Source: a virus. From it: 64,000 bases of DNA. Below, one piece after another: positions 54,128-63,252 of this stretch. The stretch is from IMG/VR virus record IMGVR_UViG_3300027608_000028, positions 6,306 through 70,305 of that record. One strand, given 5' to 3'. Below the pieces are notes generated by a model that was not told the DNA's origin, searched no databases, and was given only the letters and a program-made list of their open reading frames with translations. The translations under genes were made by a program, and so were the position numbers. The stretch's first letter is position 1, and every line of letters begins with the position of its first letter.

Positions 54128-54807
54128 ACTCTGGCTGTATAATAAAAATTAAAAGGATTGGAAGTTTCGTTTACATAATCAATACTTACATATTTTCCTT
54201 CAGTATTGGAATCTAGTAATCTTGCAGACAAGTAACAAGGTTGTAATACACCTAAACTATTAACAGTACTGTTCATTTCAACATCTACACCGTCTGTTAA
54301 GTAATTAAAAGTTCCTAACATTATTGTATTGCCGGATCGTAATGTAAAATCGAATATACCAGTGTTGGCGTGTTCCCAGTTAACTAAAATGCCTGTAGGA
54401 CGTGGGGGATTAAGAGCAGGTGCAGTGGGCTTAGGCTCTAGTCTGACTAAGTCGACATTTTGTGCTTGGCCTATCATTGATACTTCGCTGTTGTAACCTA
54501 CAATAATTTGCTGTCCTTCCAATGGAGGATCATTGAACACTAGACGTGCTCCTGATACACTATATTCTATCTGTGGTTGTTTTTGTATTTCATCAATAAA
54601 AACAAAAATAGGTGCACCTGGTCTGATAAAACGTAAATCTAATTGGAATTCGGCTGTGTCGCCTGTTCCTACATATACTGACCTAGGATTACCTAAAAAT
54701 AACCTGCCGGTATCTAATGCATAGCCGAACTCACCTTCTTGTAACATGGGTAAGTCAATATAGTCACCGCGTCTAATTTGTATTTTTGCTAAAATTGTAT
54801 CTGCCAT
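54112..54807 (-). CDS. Putative virion structural protein
   Basis: 'KIQIRRG...LQEGEFGYALDTGRLFLGN', an N-terminal motif common in phage fibre/baseplate proteins. Confidence 0.75.
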   Translation of the reverse strand: MADTILAKIQIRRGDYIDLPMLQEGEFGYALDTGRLFLGNPRSVYVGTGDTAEFQLDLRFIRPGAPIFVFIDEIQKQPQIEYSVSGARLVFNDPPLEGQQIIVGYNSEVSMIGQAQNVDLVRLEPKPTAPALNPPRPTGILVNWEHANTGIFDFTLRSGNTIMLGTFNYLTDGVDVEMNSTVNSLGVLQPCYLSARLLDSNTEGKYVSIDYVNETSNPFNFYYTARVWKSA

Positions 54808-54831
54808 TGTGGGCTCCTGATATCTTATTTA

Positions 54832-55509
54832 TCAAGCGAACTTGGCATAATACTCCTGTACACGATTAGCCCACTTCTCACTCATGGTGTCAAACTTATC
54901 TAATTCGAGCTCAAAACATTGCCATTCTAAGTCTCTAGACACCATAAAGATTACAGATTTCCTTATATCTGTGTCATATAATTTATTGTGTGCATGAGCA
55001 TAGGCACAACATTGTAAGTAATAATCTTCCACCCATTCTTCTTTTTTAGGCTTTTTTGTTGTTTTATAATCAATGATTGCAGGTACACCTTTGTATCGTC
55101 CAATTAAATCGGTTGTACCTGCATATAAATCTGGATAATATAGTCCTACTTCTTGACCCCATACTTCGGTTACATCGCATAGTCCTTTGGTTATAATAAC
55201 TTCGCTCATATCTCTAGCAAGCTGATGTACTAGGTTATTACCACTAGGTCTTTCTTTACCAATGATCCAGTTTTCTAAATGTGTATGTAGTAGTGTTCCT
55301 AGGCCGGCGGCTTCTGTACTAATACGAGTTGCTTCGGCATCGCCTACTCGTTTACGCCATTCAATTAAGAATGTTTTGTCTTTTGTTTTATCTAGGATTG
55401 TTGTTACGCTGGGCAATTTATTACCGTCAGGAGTTGCGTATAGTCTTTTGCCGTTTAGTTCAGCACGTGATAAAGGTTTATATTCTACAGGAGGATTAAT
55501 TGGTATCAT
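54832..55509 (-). CDS. PD-(D/E)XK exonuclease
   Basis: 'PSVTTIL', 'GTLLH', 'E...YAGTTD...IIDYKT', 'Q..AYA'; promoter at 55515-55543. Confidence 0.92.
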   Translation of the reverse strand: MIPINPPVEYKPLSRAELNGKRLYATPDGNKLPSVTTILDKTKDKTFLIEWRKRVGDAEATRISTEAAGLGTLLHTHLENWIIGKERPSGNNLVHQLARDMSEVIITKGLCDVTEVWGQEVGLYYPDLYAGTTDLIGRYKGVPAIIDYKTTKKPKKEEWVEDYYLQCCAYAHAHNKLYDTDIRKSVIFMVSRDLEWQCFELELDKFDTMSEKWANRVQEYYAKFA

Positions 55510-55545
55510 TGTATATTGTAGCAAACTAACTACAATATGTCAACC

Positions 55546-55857
55546 TTACCAACTTATTTGCCAAATAAACGTATTAGCTGATTGAGCAGTCAATTGCTCA
55601 ATGCTATAGTTCAAGTTTTCAAAATATTTAATAACTTGATCCATTTGGTCTTGGAACGTATAATTTGTGGAATTTCCTTGCCAAACATTCCAATAAATTT
55701 CATCGTCGGGACCAGATGTCATTACACTTGTGGTAACGGCAACTGTTAATAACCCGTTATCAACTGCAACAAGAATTGCCGATTCGATAGCCGAAATTTC
55801 ACTATGAATAGTTGTATTATCTCTGGCCCTTAGTCTTGCTTCTTTTGCTGTTAACAT
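55546..55857 (-). CDS. Hypothetical late protein
   Basis: 103 aa, coupled. Confidence 0.75.
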   Translation of the reverse strand: MLTAKEARLRARDNTTIHSEISAIESAILVAVDNGLLTVAVTTSVMTSGPDDEIYWNVWQGNSTNYTFQDQMDQVIKYFENLNYSIEQLTAQSANTFIWQISW

Positions 55858-56195
55858 TATTGAATACCTTGTTGCGCTTGTTTTTGTGCCATATCGGCTA
55901 CTGTGTCTGCCGCGGCATCCTTTTGGTCAGCACCCGATGCCATTTCATCTCCAGTATCGTTAATGCCGTCGTCGATTTCTATTTCCTTTGCATTAACAGT
56001 CTTAATACTAGGAGCGCCGTCTAGCAACTGAATTATATCGCGAGGGCTAACGTAGTAGCCATCGTTGCTTAAATCAGATACCATGTCGTGCATATCTACT
56101 GTAGTCTGCCCGTTTGCACTTGCAGTATACAATAGATTCAAGACAGCATCTTTAAGTTCATTGACATACGAGCTGTTTAACTCAAACAGTTTCAT
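55857..56195 (-). CDS. Hypothetical late protein
   Basis: Starts MKLFEL; acidic. Confidence 0.75.
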   Translation of the reverse strand: MKLFELNSSYVNELKDAVLNLLYTASANGQTTVDMHDMVSDLSNDGYYVSPRDIIQLLDGAPSIKTVNAKEIEIDDGINDTGDEMASGADQKDAAADTVADMAQKQAQQGIQ

Positions 56196-56920
56196 TACTT
56201 TAACTCGCGGCCTATTGCTTCTTCTTCTGGACCGGCCGCGGCTGGTGCGCCAGCCATTTCGTCGCCCATTGGTTGCTCAACACCCATATCGTCAGCTGGT
56301 ACTGCGCCAGCGTCAGCGGCCATATCAGGTTGTTCTTCGCCACTTAGAACTGCTACGGCATTACCTAGGCTTTCATGATTTTGTTTTAGTGTATCTAGCA
56401 CTTGTTGTAATCCACCTTCAACTGAACTGTTAAATGCTTCTGCTTCTGCTGTGCCAAATACTTCTTTAATGCGTTCAGTTAAAGCCATTAATGTTTCGGT
56501 TTGTAACTTAGCAATTTTTTCAGCCATGTCTTGTAAATCACCAACCATACTTTTAGCGGCAAGTAAAACTTCCGCTTGTTGTAGATCTTGTTCCATTAAC
56601 ATTTTTAGGCCGCGAATGCTTTCGTCTACACGCTTAGGACGTACATTTCGACTGTCGCTACGCTTAGGAGCGATTTCGCTTAACATAATCTTAATGCTTT
56701 CGCCGACCATTACACTTTTAATATAGCGTGGGTCATTCTGATAGTTTCTAATAGAACAACTAATGTCCCATTGTTGGCGCTCTACTTGCTGTAAAATGTT
56801 GCGTAGTTTAGTACTATCAACATTGCCTTGCTTTAAGCTATAGCCAAACTGCTCTTTAAGATAAGAGCTAAGTTGTTGCAGTTTAGTCTGCGGTTTTACT
56901 GAAAAATCTGTTAATTTCAT
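56195..56920 (-). CDS. Putative prohead core/scaffold-like protein
   Basis: Coiled coil 'QAEVLLAAKSMV..LQDMAE', acidic Pro/Ala tail; TAAATA upstream. Function inferred. Confidence 0.6.
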   Translation of the reverse strand: MKLTDFSVKPQTKLQQLSSYLKEQFGYSLKQGNVDSTKLRNILQQVERQQWDISCSIRNYQNDPRYIKSVMVGESIKIMLSEIAPKRSDSRNVRPKRVDESIRGLKMLMEQDLQQAEVLLAAKSMVGDLQDMAEKIAKLQTETLMALTERIKEVFGTAEAEAFNSSVEGGLQQVLDTLKQNHESLGNAVAVLSGEEQPDMAADAGAVPADDMGVEQPMGDEMAGAPAAAGPEEEAIGRELK

Positions 56921-56954
56921 GGTGTTCTTCCATATTATGAACTATTTAGCCAAG

Positions 56955-57599
56955 TTAGTAGCTCTTTAGTATTCTAGTCCTAGCATCTTTAGCTAGGCTA
57001 CGGCTTTGTGTATATCTGCTTTCGTAAATAGACCTTTTATCTAGGTCAGATGTACGTTTAATTTTGCTGGTATACACGCTTGCTTCATACAAATGATTAG
57101 CATACGTTTTATCAGCTTCGTATATTTCTTTACATTTAGATGATGAGCCAGAATTTGATATAAGTTGTTTGGTAATTGCGGCGGCACTTTCGAATAGTGC
57201 TAGATCTTGATATAATACTTCGTTGGTCTTTAAATCAACAATATCATATACATTCTTGTGCTTGCCCGGTGCCCATTCAGTTTCTTTAATTAAAACATGA
57301 TAGTCGGCTATTCTAACGCCTGTATTTGTTTTTTCTGTATTGAGTAACTGGCGGGTTCGTACATTTGTCTTGCTTTCTTCTTGCAATGTCTCTTTGGTAT
57401 CCAATGTTACTTTTTGGAATTTACTTAATATATTGGCCATTGCCTGGACACTTGGATCTGAATGTTTGCTGACTGAATTGGTTTCTAAGGCTGTAGAACT
57501 TTCCGTAATCATTTTGTTAACGGTAGTAGAACGATCCTCAACATTATTCAGTTGAGCCATTACCTTTTTCATTGCATCAATTGAGTTTCTATCTAGCAT
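56955..57599 (-). CDS. Hypothetical late protein
   Basis: 214 aa with SD. Confidence 0.75.
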   Translation of the reverse strand: MLDRNSIDAMKKVMAQLNNVEDRSTTVNKMITESSTALETNSVSKHSDPSVQAMANILSKFQKVTLDTKETLQEESKTNVRTRQLLNTEKTNTGVRIADYHVLIKETEWAPGKHKNVYDIVDLKTNEVLYQDLALFESAAAITKQLISNSGSSSKCKEIYEADKTYANHLYEASVYTSKIKRTSDLDKRSIYESRYTQSRSLAKDARTRILKSY

Positions 57600-57616
57600 T
57601 GTTTTTCCTTTGTGTA

Positions 57617-59404
57617 TTACTTAGTATTATAAATCTTACTATTCTTTTTTACAAAAGATTCTTCCAAACTGGATAGATCTGCAACTTGCTGTTTACTTTC
57701 GGTAAATCGACGTAGCCAAGTTGGGCCGCCGTCTTCTACTCTGATAGCTTGTTCCAATCTACCAATTTGTGTTCTATATTGTGCAAGTCTTGTTTTTTTA
57801 CTTTCGTCACCGGATATGGCATGCATCTTAGATACTAGGTCAGTATACTGTTGTTTTAACGAATCAAGACGTGAACTTGATTTTGTAGTGGTACTTTTTG
57901 GAGCATCAGAGTCTCCATATTCACTAGGACTTTGTTTTAATTGATATCCCTGTTTGCGTTTTTGTGCTCTTGGGTCGCCATGGCCGCCCAATTTACTATC
58001 GATGCCGTATGCATTAGCCCCAGAGCCGTCCCAGTTATAGCTCATGTCAGTTCCCATAGAAGGTTTAGCATAATCTTTATTACTGTTAAAATTATAACCA
58101 CTGTTATATCCTAATTCAACTAACTTTGATTCAAATGCTGGCTGGTCTTCCCATGGCTTCCAGTATCCCCTGCGATGATTATCAACTACATAAATTGTAT
58201 AAGAATCATGACCCTGTTTAGTATCTACTACTTTTTTTGCGCCCCAGTGATGTTCTTTATAACTGTCGGCTCCGTGTTTATTTCGGTTAGCATCCGGGCC
58301 ACTAAAAGTTACTACTGTGTTATATTTCTCTCCGTTGGGAGCGATACCATCTTCTTCTTTATGTGTTTGTTTAGGCGCAGTTTCCTGTGCTTTTCTAAAT
58401 TTTTTAAGTTGACGATCGTGTGCCATGTCTTCTTCGGACGGACCAGCATCGGGTAGTTCATAGTCGTCGTCGCCGCGATGTTTACGACTTGGCGCTTTTA
58501 GTGCATTATAGTAATCAATGTCACTGTCAAAATCATGTGGGTTCACTTCGTTTAACTTCTTTCCTGCATAGTTTCTAGATAACTTAACTTCTTCTACACC
58601 ATGGCTATGTTTTAATTTTTGTATTACAGAATTTACAGCAATGCTAACATCGCTGGTTCCAATTTCATCAACATCGCCAATCCAGTCTGCCACATCTTGG
58701 GCGGCATCAAGAACTTTTTCCGGACCATATTTTTGCAATACGTCTAAATGTGAATTCATAATACGACTAATAATTGCACGTAACATTGGAGGGTCATCGG
58801 CATTTTCTGCTATGGGCTTTACTTTGTCGACATTTTCGTAGGCATGCTTAGTCATTGTTTGTACCATACCTTTAGTAAATTTTCTAAGGTTAATACGTCT
58901 GGCTTCTAACCAATCTTGTATTTCTCGCATATTGAAATCAAATACTTTAATGTCGCTGGTTTTATATTCGTTTTTTAATTCTTCTAAATGACTAGCATCA
59001 CGTGGACGGGCATAGACTTTATCTCCGTTTGGAACCTTAGCATAAAACAACATTTCTTTTTCGCCAGATTCTTTTAATTTTTTACCACTTATTGGACTAT
59101 CTTTGTTAACGCCATGCTCTGAACTACCTGCAGGAGTTATTTGTGTTACTTTACCTTTGGCCGCGGCCTTAGTCATATCCCTTTCAGCTTTTGTATATCC
59201 GCCTACTACTGGGGCATCTTTGAACGCTCCTGACTTAGATTTTGGCGCCGTTTGTTTCTTTCCGTCATGGCCAGCAACATCTTTACTCCACTTATATGTA
59301 CCAAAGTACTGATCTGTTTTTAAACCTACCATGCCAGGAATTGCGGAATGATGGCTGTCGGACATTCCTTTTTCTTTTTCATTTAATAAATCATTAGCTT
59401 TCAT
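57617..59404 (-). CDS. Mosaic putative internal head protein
   Basis: Short modules separated by (L/I)xE sites (LNE, LKE, IAE, LNE, LVE). Confidence 0.65.
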   Translation of the reverse strand: MKANDLLNEKEKGMSDSHHSAIPGMVGLKTDQYFGTYKWSKDVAGHDGKKQTAPKSKSGAFKDAPVVGGYTKAERDMTKAAAKGKVTQITPAGSSEHGVNKDSPISGKKLKESGEKEMLFYAKVPNGDKVYARPRDASHLEELKNEYKTSDIKVFDFNMREIQDWLEARRINLRKFTKGMVQTMTKHAYENVDKVKPIAENADDPPMLRAIISRIMNSHLDVLQKYGPEKVLDAAQDVADWIGDVDEIGTSDVSIAVNSVIQKLKHSHGVEEVKLSRNYAGKKLNEVNPHDFDSDIDYYNALKAPSRKHRGDDDYELPDAGPSEEDMAHDRQLKKFRKAQETAPKQTHKEEDGIAPNGEKYNTVVTFSGPDANRNKHGADSYKEHHWGAKKVVDTKQGHDSYTIYVVDNHRRGYWKPWEDQPAFESKLVELGYNSGYNFNSNKDYAKPSMGTDMSYNWDGSGANAYGIDSKLGGHGDPRAQKRKQGYQLKQSPSEYGDSDAPKSTTTKSSSRLDSLKQQYTDLVSKMHAISGDESKKTRLAQYRTQIGRLEQAIRVEDGGPTWLRRFTESKQQVADLSSLEESFVKKNSKIYNTK

Positions 59405-59604
59405 ATAACTGCCTTGTAATAAATTTTGCTTTCATTCTTAACTTTCTTTAGCAGACCCTTCATGAATAATTGTCTACTGACTTCTCGTTCTCTTGCATCT
59501 AAATCTGTTAAGGCTACTGGAGATACACTAATTTTAGAATACAGTCCATGTTCTTCATTGTTGACTAATACTGCTGTATTATTTTCTAGTGTTATTGCTC
59601 TCAT
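59401..59604 (-). CDS. Hypothetical protein
   Basis: 67 aa, coupled. Confidence 0.7.
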   Translation of the reverse strand: MRAITLENNTAVLVNNEEHGLYSKISVSPVALTDLDAREREVSRQLFMKGLLKKVKNESKIYYKAVI

Positions 59605-59891
59605 CGGTGTGGCCTTTTATTCATCGTTTTTAATCTTCTAGATAACGGACTAAACTTTTTAGTACGCAATGCTTTACGGCGCATTGATTTTCCTCTAGCA
59701 CGAAGTAACTTACGCATTAAAAATCTTTTCTTTAGATTAATTGCTTTATTGCAACTTCTAGCATTTGCCACCGTTCTACCTTTTTTACGGCCGCTGGTAC
59801 ATCTAACTTTTCTGACAAGTTTTTTACCTTTACGAGCCCAGACCATTCTAGTCTCTACAATCATATCTTGTTCGATGTCTTCTATTAACAT
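59601..59891 (-). CDS. Highly basic (R/K-rich) putative head core protein
   Basis: Acidic leader followed by a very basic region 'RCTSGRKKGRTV'. Confidence 0.7.
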   Translation of the reverse strand: MLIEDIEQDMIVETRMVWARKGKKLVRKVRCTSGRKKGRTVANARSCNKAINLKKRFLMRKLLRARGKSMRRKALRTKKFSPLSRRLKTMNKRPHR

Positions 59892-59892
59892 T

Positions 59893-60174
59893 TTACTTTA
59901 AATTTAAAACTAAGTATCCCAGCACCGATAACAGCGCCGCAATAATGGTCCCAGTTGTACCAACAAGTACTTTAAATTTTCCACTATTACTATCACGGAT
60001 CATTTGCATAACTTCATTATGATTCGAACTCATTCTTAAAGTTAAATTCTCATTATCTTTCCTGAGGCTATTCATATTGAGATCCAAGTTCTCAAATTTT
60101 TCCTCTAATCGTTTATATCTTTCCAAGCACAAATCAACGTGCGCTTCTAGATTTGTTTTTTCCAAATCACTCAT
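59893..60174 (-). CDS. Coiled-coil protein with a C-terminal TM
   Basis: 'LEAHVDLCLERY', C-terminal hydrophobic anchor. Confidence 0.75.
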   Translation of the reverse strand: MSDLEKTNLEAHVDLCLERYKRLEEKFENLDLNMNSLRKDNENLTLRMSSNHNEVMQMIRDSNSGKFKVLVGTTGTIIAALLSVLGYLVLNLK

Positions 60175-60275
60175 TATATTCTTTCTCCAAATTGTGGGGG
60201 AAACTTATGTTAATTGAGCCGGGATAATGTTAATAAAATGTGCCAAAAAGTCAGTAATAAAACTGTAACTAATAT

Positions 60276-60743
60276 TTATAATGTTGTGTGTTGAACGAAG
60301 TAGATATTCTTATTGACTGCACTTAAACCATTGAATACTGCGGTTACAAAACTTGCAGTTTCATCTAGTCCAGTTATGATAGGAAGTCCATCTACATCTG
60401 CTTTTAATTTATTTTCGTCTGTATAGCCACTTCTTTCGGTGGCAAATTTTAATACCCATACAGTTTTATTTCCTGTATGTGCTGAACCAAATTCGTGATC
60501 TGCCATGGCCTCCGCCAGTAATATATCTGTGCTTATAAGATTAGGCTGTACACGTAAACTCACACATTGTATTAAACTGTTTAAATTCTGTGCCTGATTG
60601 TATGCTTTAGCTGGGGAAAGTCTACTGTCGCTAACTCCTGTATCAGTGATGTCTACTAAAGTCATTACTGTAAAAAAGTCAGGATCTCCCCCTAAATTTT
60701 CTGCACCGCGGGCGGTCCCATTTGGTTTTAAAATTGTTGCCAT
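60276..60743 (-). CDS. Putative virion protein
   Basis: Own TAAATA (60769-60774). Confidence 0.65.
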   Translation of the reverse strand: MATILKPNGTARGAENLGGDPDFFTVMTLVDITDTGVSDSRLSPAKAYNQAQNLNSLIQCVSLRVQPNLISTDILLAEAMADHEFGSAHTGNKTVWVLKFATERSGYTDENKLKADVDGLPIITGLDETASFVTAVFNGLSAVNKNIYFVQHTTL

Positions 60744-60777
60744 ATCTTCACCTAATTATAGTTATAGATATTTAGCA

Positions 60778-60804
60778 AAAAAATACCCTGCCGAAGCAGG
60801 GTAT
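60778..60804 (-). terminator. Rho-independent terminator
   Basis: ATACCCTGC-TTCG-GCAGGGTAT plus a T-run. Confidence 0.88.
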
Positions 60805-60833
60805 GTATTTCATGTCTAGTAGTAGTTTTACTA

Positions 60834-61130
60834 TTAGAATGCCATGTCAACAACTGTTGTGCTACCAACTGCGGCCGCCGCGGCAGTCTCTAGATCAGCT
60901 GTAGTTACAGTTTCGTTACCGCTTACGCAGATATTAACTGCGTCAGTTGTACCAAATGTGATCGGTCCGCCAACTGCTTCAATGGTTAAACCCTGTTGTG
61001 CAACTGCTTGTAGAATTGATTCTAATTGTGCGGCTGTGATATTGGTCTTACCGACTGTAAGGAAACGCATATTGCGACCCCATGATGCGAATGTACCTGC
61101 ACTACCGTTTACTCTTGTTACTGATGCCAT
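60834..61130 (-). CDS. Putative abundant small virion (decoration-like) protein
   Basis: Monocistronic: TAAATA, AGGAG SD, strong terminator; A/T/V-rich. Confidence 0.6.
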   Translation of the reverse strand: MASVTRVNGSAGTFASWGRNMRFLTVGKTNITAAQLESILQAVAQQGLTIEAVGGPITFGTTDAVNICVSGNETVTTADLETAAAAAVGSTTVVDMAF

Positions 61131-61213
61131 AATTATGACTCCTAAAATGTTGTAACCTTATAAGGTTCTACTTTTATTTATCCAGAATGGTTTCTAACCA
61201 TGATGAAATAACA

Positions 61214-61927
61214 TCAATCTATATCTTTTGCTCTTGCTAAATCATTGATTAGCGGGTATAGATCAAATTGTTTTCCGTGTAACCCAAACCATAAATTTAG
61301 TCTAGAAATAACATAAATCTTTTCACTTTTCTTTAAATTATGCCAATTTTGTACTTTTCTGCGTAAGTTTAATAAGTTAGAATCTTCTATGTACAATGCT
61401 TGGCTTACTTTAAACCAAAACCTTCCAGTCCACGCATCTTTTGTACTAAGCTGATATGTTTTCATATCAACTAGTAATCTACGCAAGTCCGGTAACAATG
61501 TTCTATTCTTAAACCTATACTTAATTGTTTCTTCTTCTGGAGTATGTTTTAACTTGCCAGCAATCATACTATGATCATAGTCTAGTATACTTTGCCATGT
61601 TATATATAAGTCAGATGCGTTAATCCTTTTGGATCTGAATTTACCCGTCATGTCCCAACGTATAGATCTGTCAGCATAATTTGATGCTGACGCACGTGAA
61701 TGTGATTCTTGATACAAGACATAAACTGCTAATAACCCAACAAATGCAAAGTTTGCCAAGTCTCTATAATCTATATTAGCTACGTTGCCTGTATACAAGT
61801 AAAATTTACTTTCGTATAAAGAATGTATAAAGTCAAAATCTGTGCCAATAGATTCTGCAGGTGTTACTAGCTCATGACTGCCTTCCATGACTGCCTTATC
61901 ATACTCACTAAAATTCATCAGTTTCAT
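61214..61927 (-). CDS. Hypothetical late protein
   Basis: 237 aa, coupled. Confidence 0.75.
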   Translation of the reverse strand: MKLMNFSEYDKAVMEGSHELVTPAESIGTDFDFIHSLYESKFYLYTGNVANIDYRDLANFAFVGLLAVYVLYQESHSRASASNYADRSIRWDMTGKFRSKRINASDLYITWQSILDYDHSMIAGKLKHTPEEETIKYRFKNRTLLPDLRRLLVDMKTYQLSTKDAWTGRFWFKVSQALYIEDSNLLNLRRKVQNWHNLKKSEKIYVISRLNLWFGLHGKQFDLYPLINDLARAKDID

Positions 61928-63252
61928 TAGGCCTTTGTGCCCCAGTTTTTAGGCATGGTAAAATTAGCTCTACTAAATTCTAGTCTGTCGACTAACTTAA
62001 CAGCATTACCCATATGGTCAATGATTACTTTGCCTTCTTCTGGAGTTACTTTATATTCGTTTGGACCTACTTCTAAGAAACTATCAAGACTCTTAATTGT
62101 TGCTAACTTCTTAACTAAAAATAGTTTAGCAGTTATAGTTCTTAAGTATAAGTTATAGAAAGATTTAAGATCGTTAACATGGCTATTTAAGAATTTTAAT
62201 CCTTCTTCCATAGCTTCTTGTTTACTTGCTTTACCTTTTTCTGATTTTAAAACTTCAATTGCCTGAAGCATTTTTGTTCTATAACGATTAATATATGCTA
62301 ATGCAAATGCACTTGGATCTTGTTCAAAATCTCCAGCGGATCTAATCATACTATTAATATGAGCTTTCAAGTCGTTTTTAAAATCGACACCGCTTAGGTC
62401 ATGATCTATCCAAGCAAACGTTTCTGGTTTGACATTTGCGGCTGACTGTTGTACTTTACTAATTGCTAGGTTAATCGCATCAGTTTCATCTTGAGTCATA
62501 GTGGCTGTACCGCTTAGGTCTTTAACTAATGCGTCATTGACCCATACGTTGGCACTATGGGAGAACGGACTAGCATCGTATCCAAACTCAGCAGTCATAT
62601 CAGCTAGTGTTGGGCCACCTACATATTCTGTATGGAACACGATTCCCATTTTAGTTTTTTTAATTTTTTGTGCTAGATTACTATTGACAGGAACTGCGTA
62701 TGTAATAGTGTTGGGTCTAAATGTAATAAATTCCTGTCCATCTATAGTAGCGGGAGTAATGTCAGCAGGGCCGGCATACAATAAGTCTCCCTGCAATACT
62801 CCTTTAATTCCAATTTGGCTTAGGTATGTTAGTGCAGTTAATAACTTTGCGGCTAACTCAGGTTGCTCGCCGTACATTGTTTTAATATCTTTTTTACTCT
62901 TAACCAACTTGGGTGTATTTTTAGCAAACACTGATTTAGTACCAACAAAGAATTGATTATCAGTTGGATCAATGCCACAAATAATTGCAGGGGCGCCATC
63001 CCATTTAGTTGAAATTTTATATTTGTGCTCGGCATGTCCGCCAAGCATATCACTTAGTCCCTGTAATGTAGCTACAACTTCTTGTACTCCATTGAAACCT
63101 TTATTAATAATTTGGTCTTCTAAATGTTCCAAGTGGGTATTCTTTCCTTCGGCGGCTTCTCTTAAAGATAATCCTTTTTGAATTTTTCTTTCTTGTCTTA
63201 GCCTGCCAGGACGCTTACGCTTACCTGCTAATATAATCTCATCTATTTTCAT
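61927..63252 (-). CDS. Conserved T4-like/jumbo phage protein (DUF6267-like)
   Basis: 'KNTHLEHLED', 'KWDGAPA', 'QGDLLY', 'EG', 'KLVDRLEFS'; resembles ligase/nucleotidyltransferase motifs. Confidence 0.75.
   Translation of the reverse strand: MKIDEIILAGKRKRPGRLRQERKIQKGLSLREAAEGKNTHLEHLEDQIINKGFNGVQEVVATLQGLSDMLGGHAEHKYKISTKWDGAPAIICGIDPTDNQFFVGTKSVFAKNTPKLVKSKKDIKTMYGEQPELAAKLLTALTYLSQIGIKGVLQGDLLYAGPADITPATIDGQEFITFRPNTITYAVPVNSNLAQKIKKTKMGIVFHTEYVGGPTLADMTAEFGYDASPFSHSANVWVNDALVKDLSGTATMTQDETDAINLAISKVQQSAANVKPETFAWIDHDLSGVDFKNDLKAHINSMIRSAGDFEQDPSAFALAYINRYRTKMLQAIEVLKSEKGKASKQEAMEEGLKFLNSHVNDLKSFYNLYLRTITAKLFLVKKLATIKSLDSFLEVGPNEYKVTPEEGKVIIDHMGNAVKLVDRLEFSRANFTMPKNWGTKA

Larger units (their letters stand above)
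22694..60280 (-). promoter_or_regulatory. T4-like late promoter motif TATAAATA/TAAATA, dispersed
   Basis: Full TATAAATA at 22694, 23235, 31062, 34462, 43076 and 60273. TAAATA at 26976, 37522, 40184, 48757, 54827 and 56943 (also 6152, 17614, 60769, 61175), each shortly upstream of a gene start. Confidence 0.8.
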
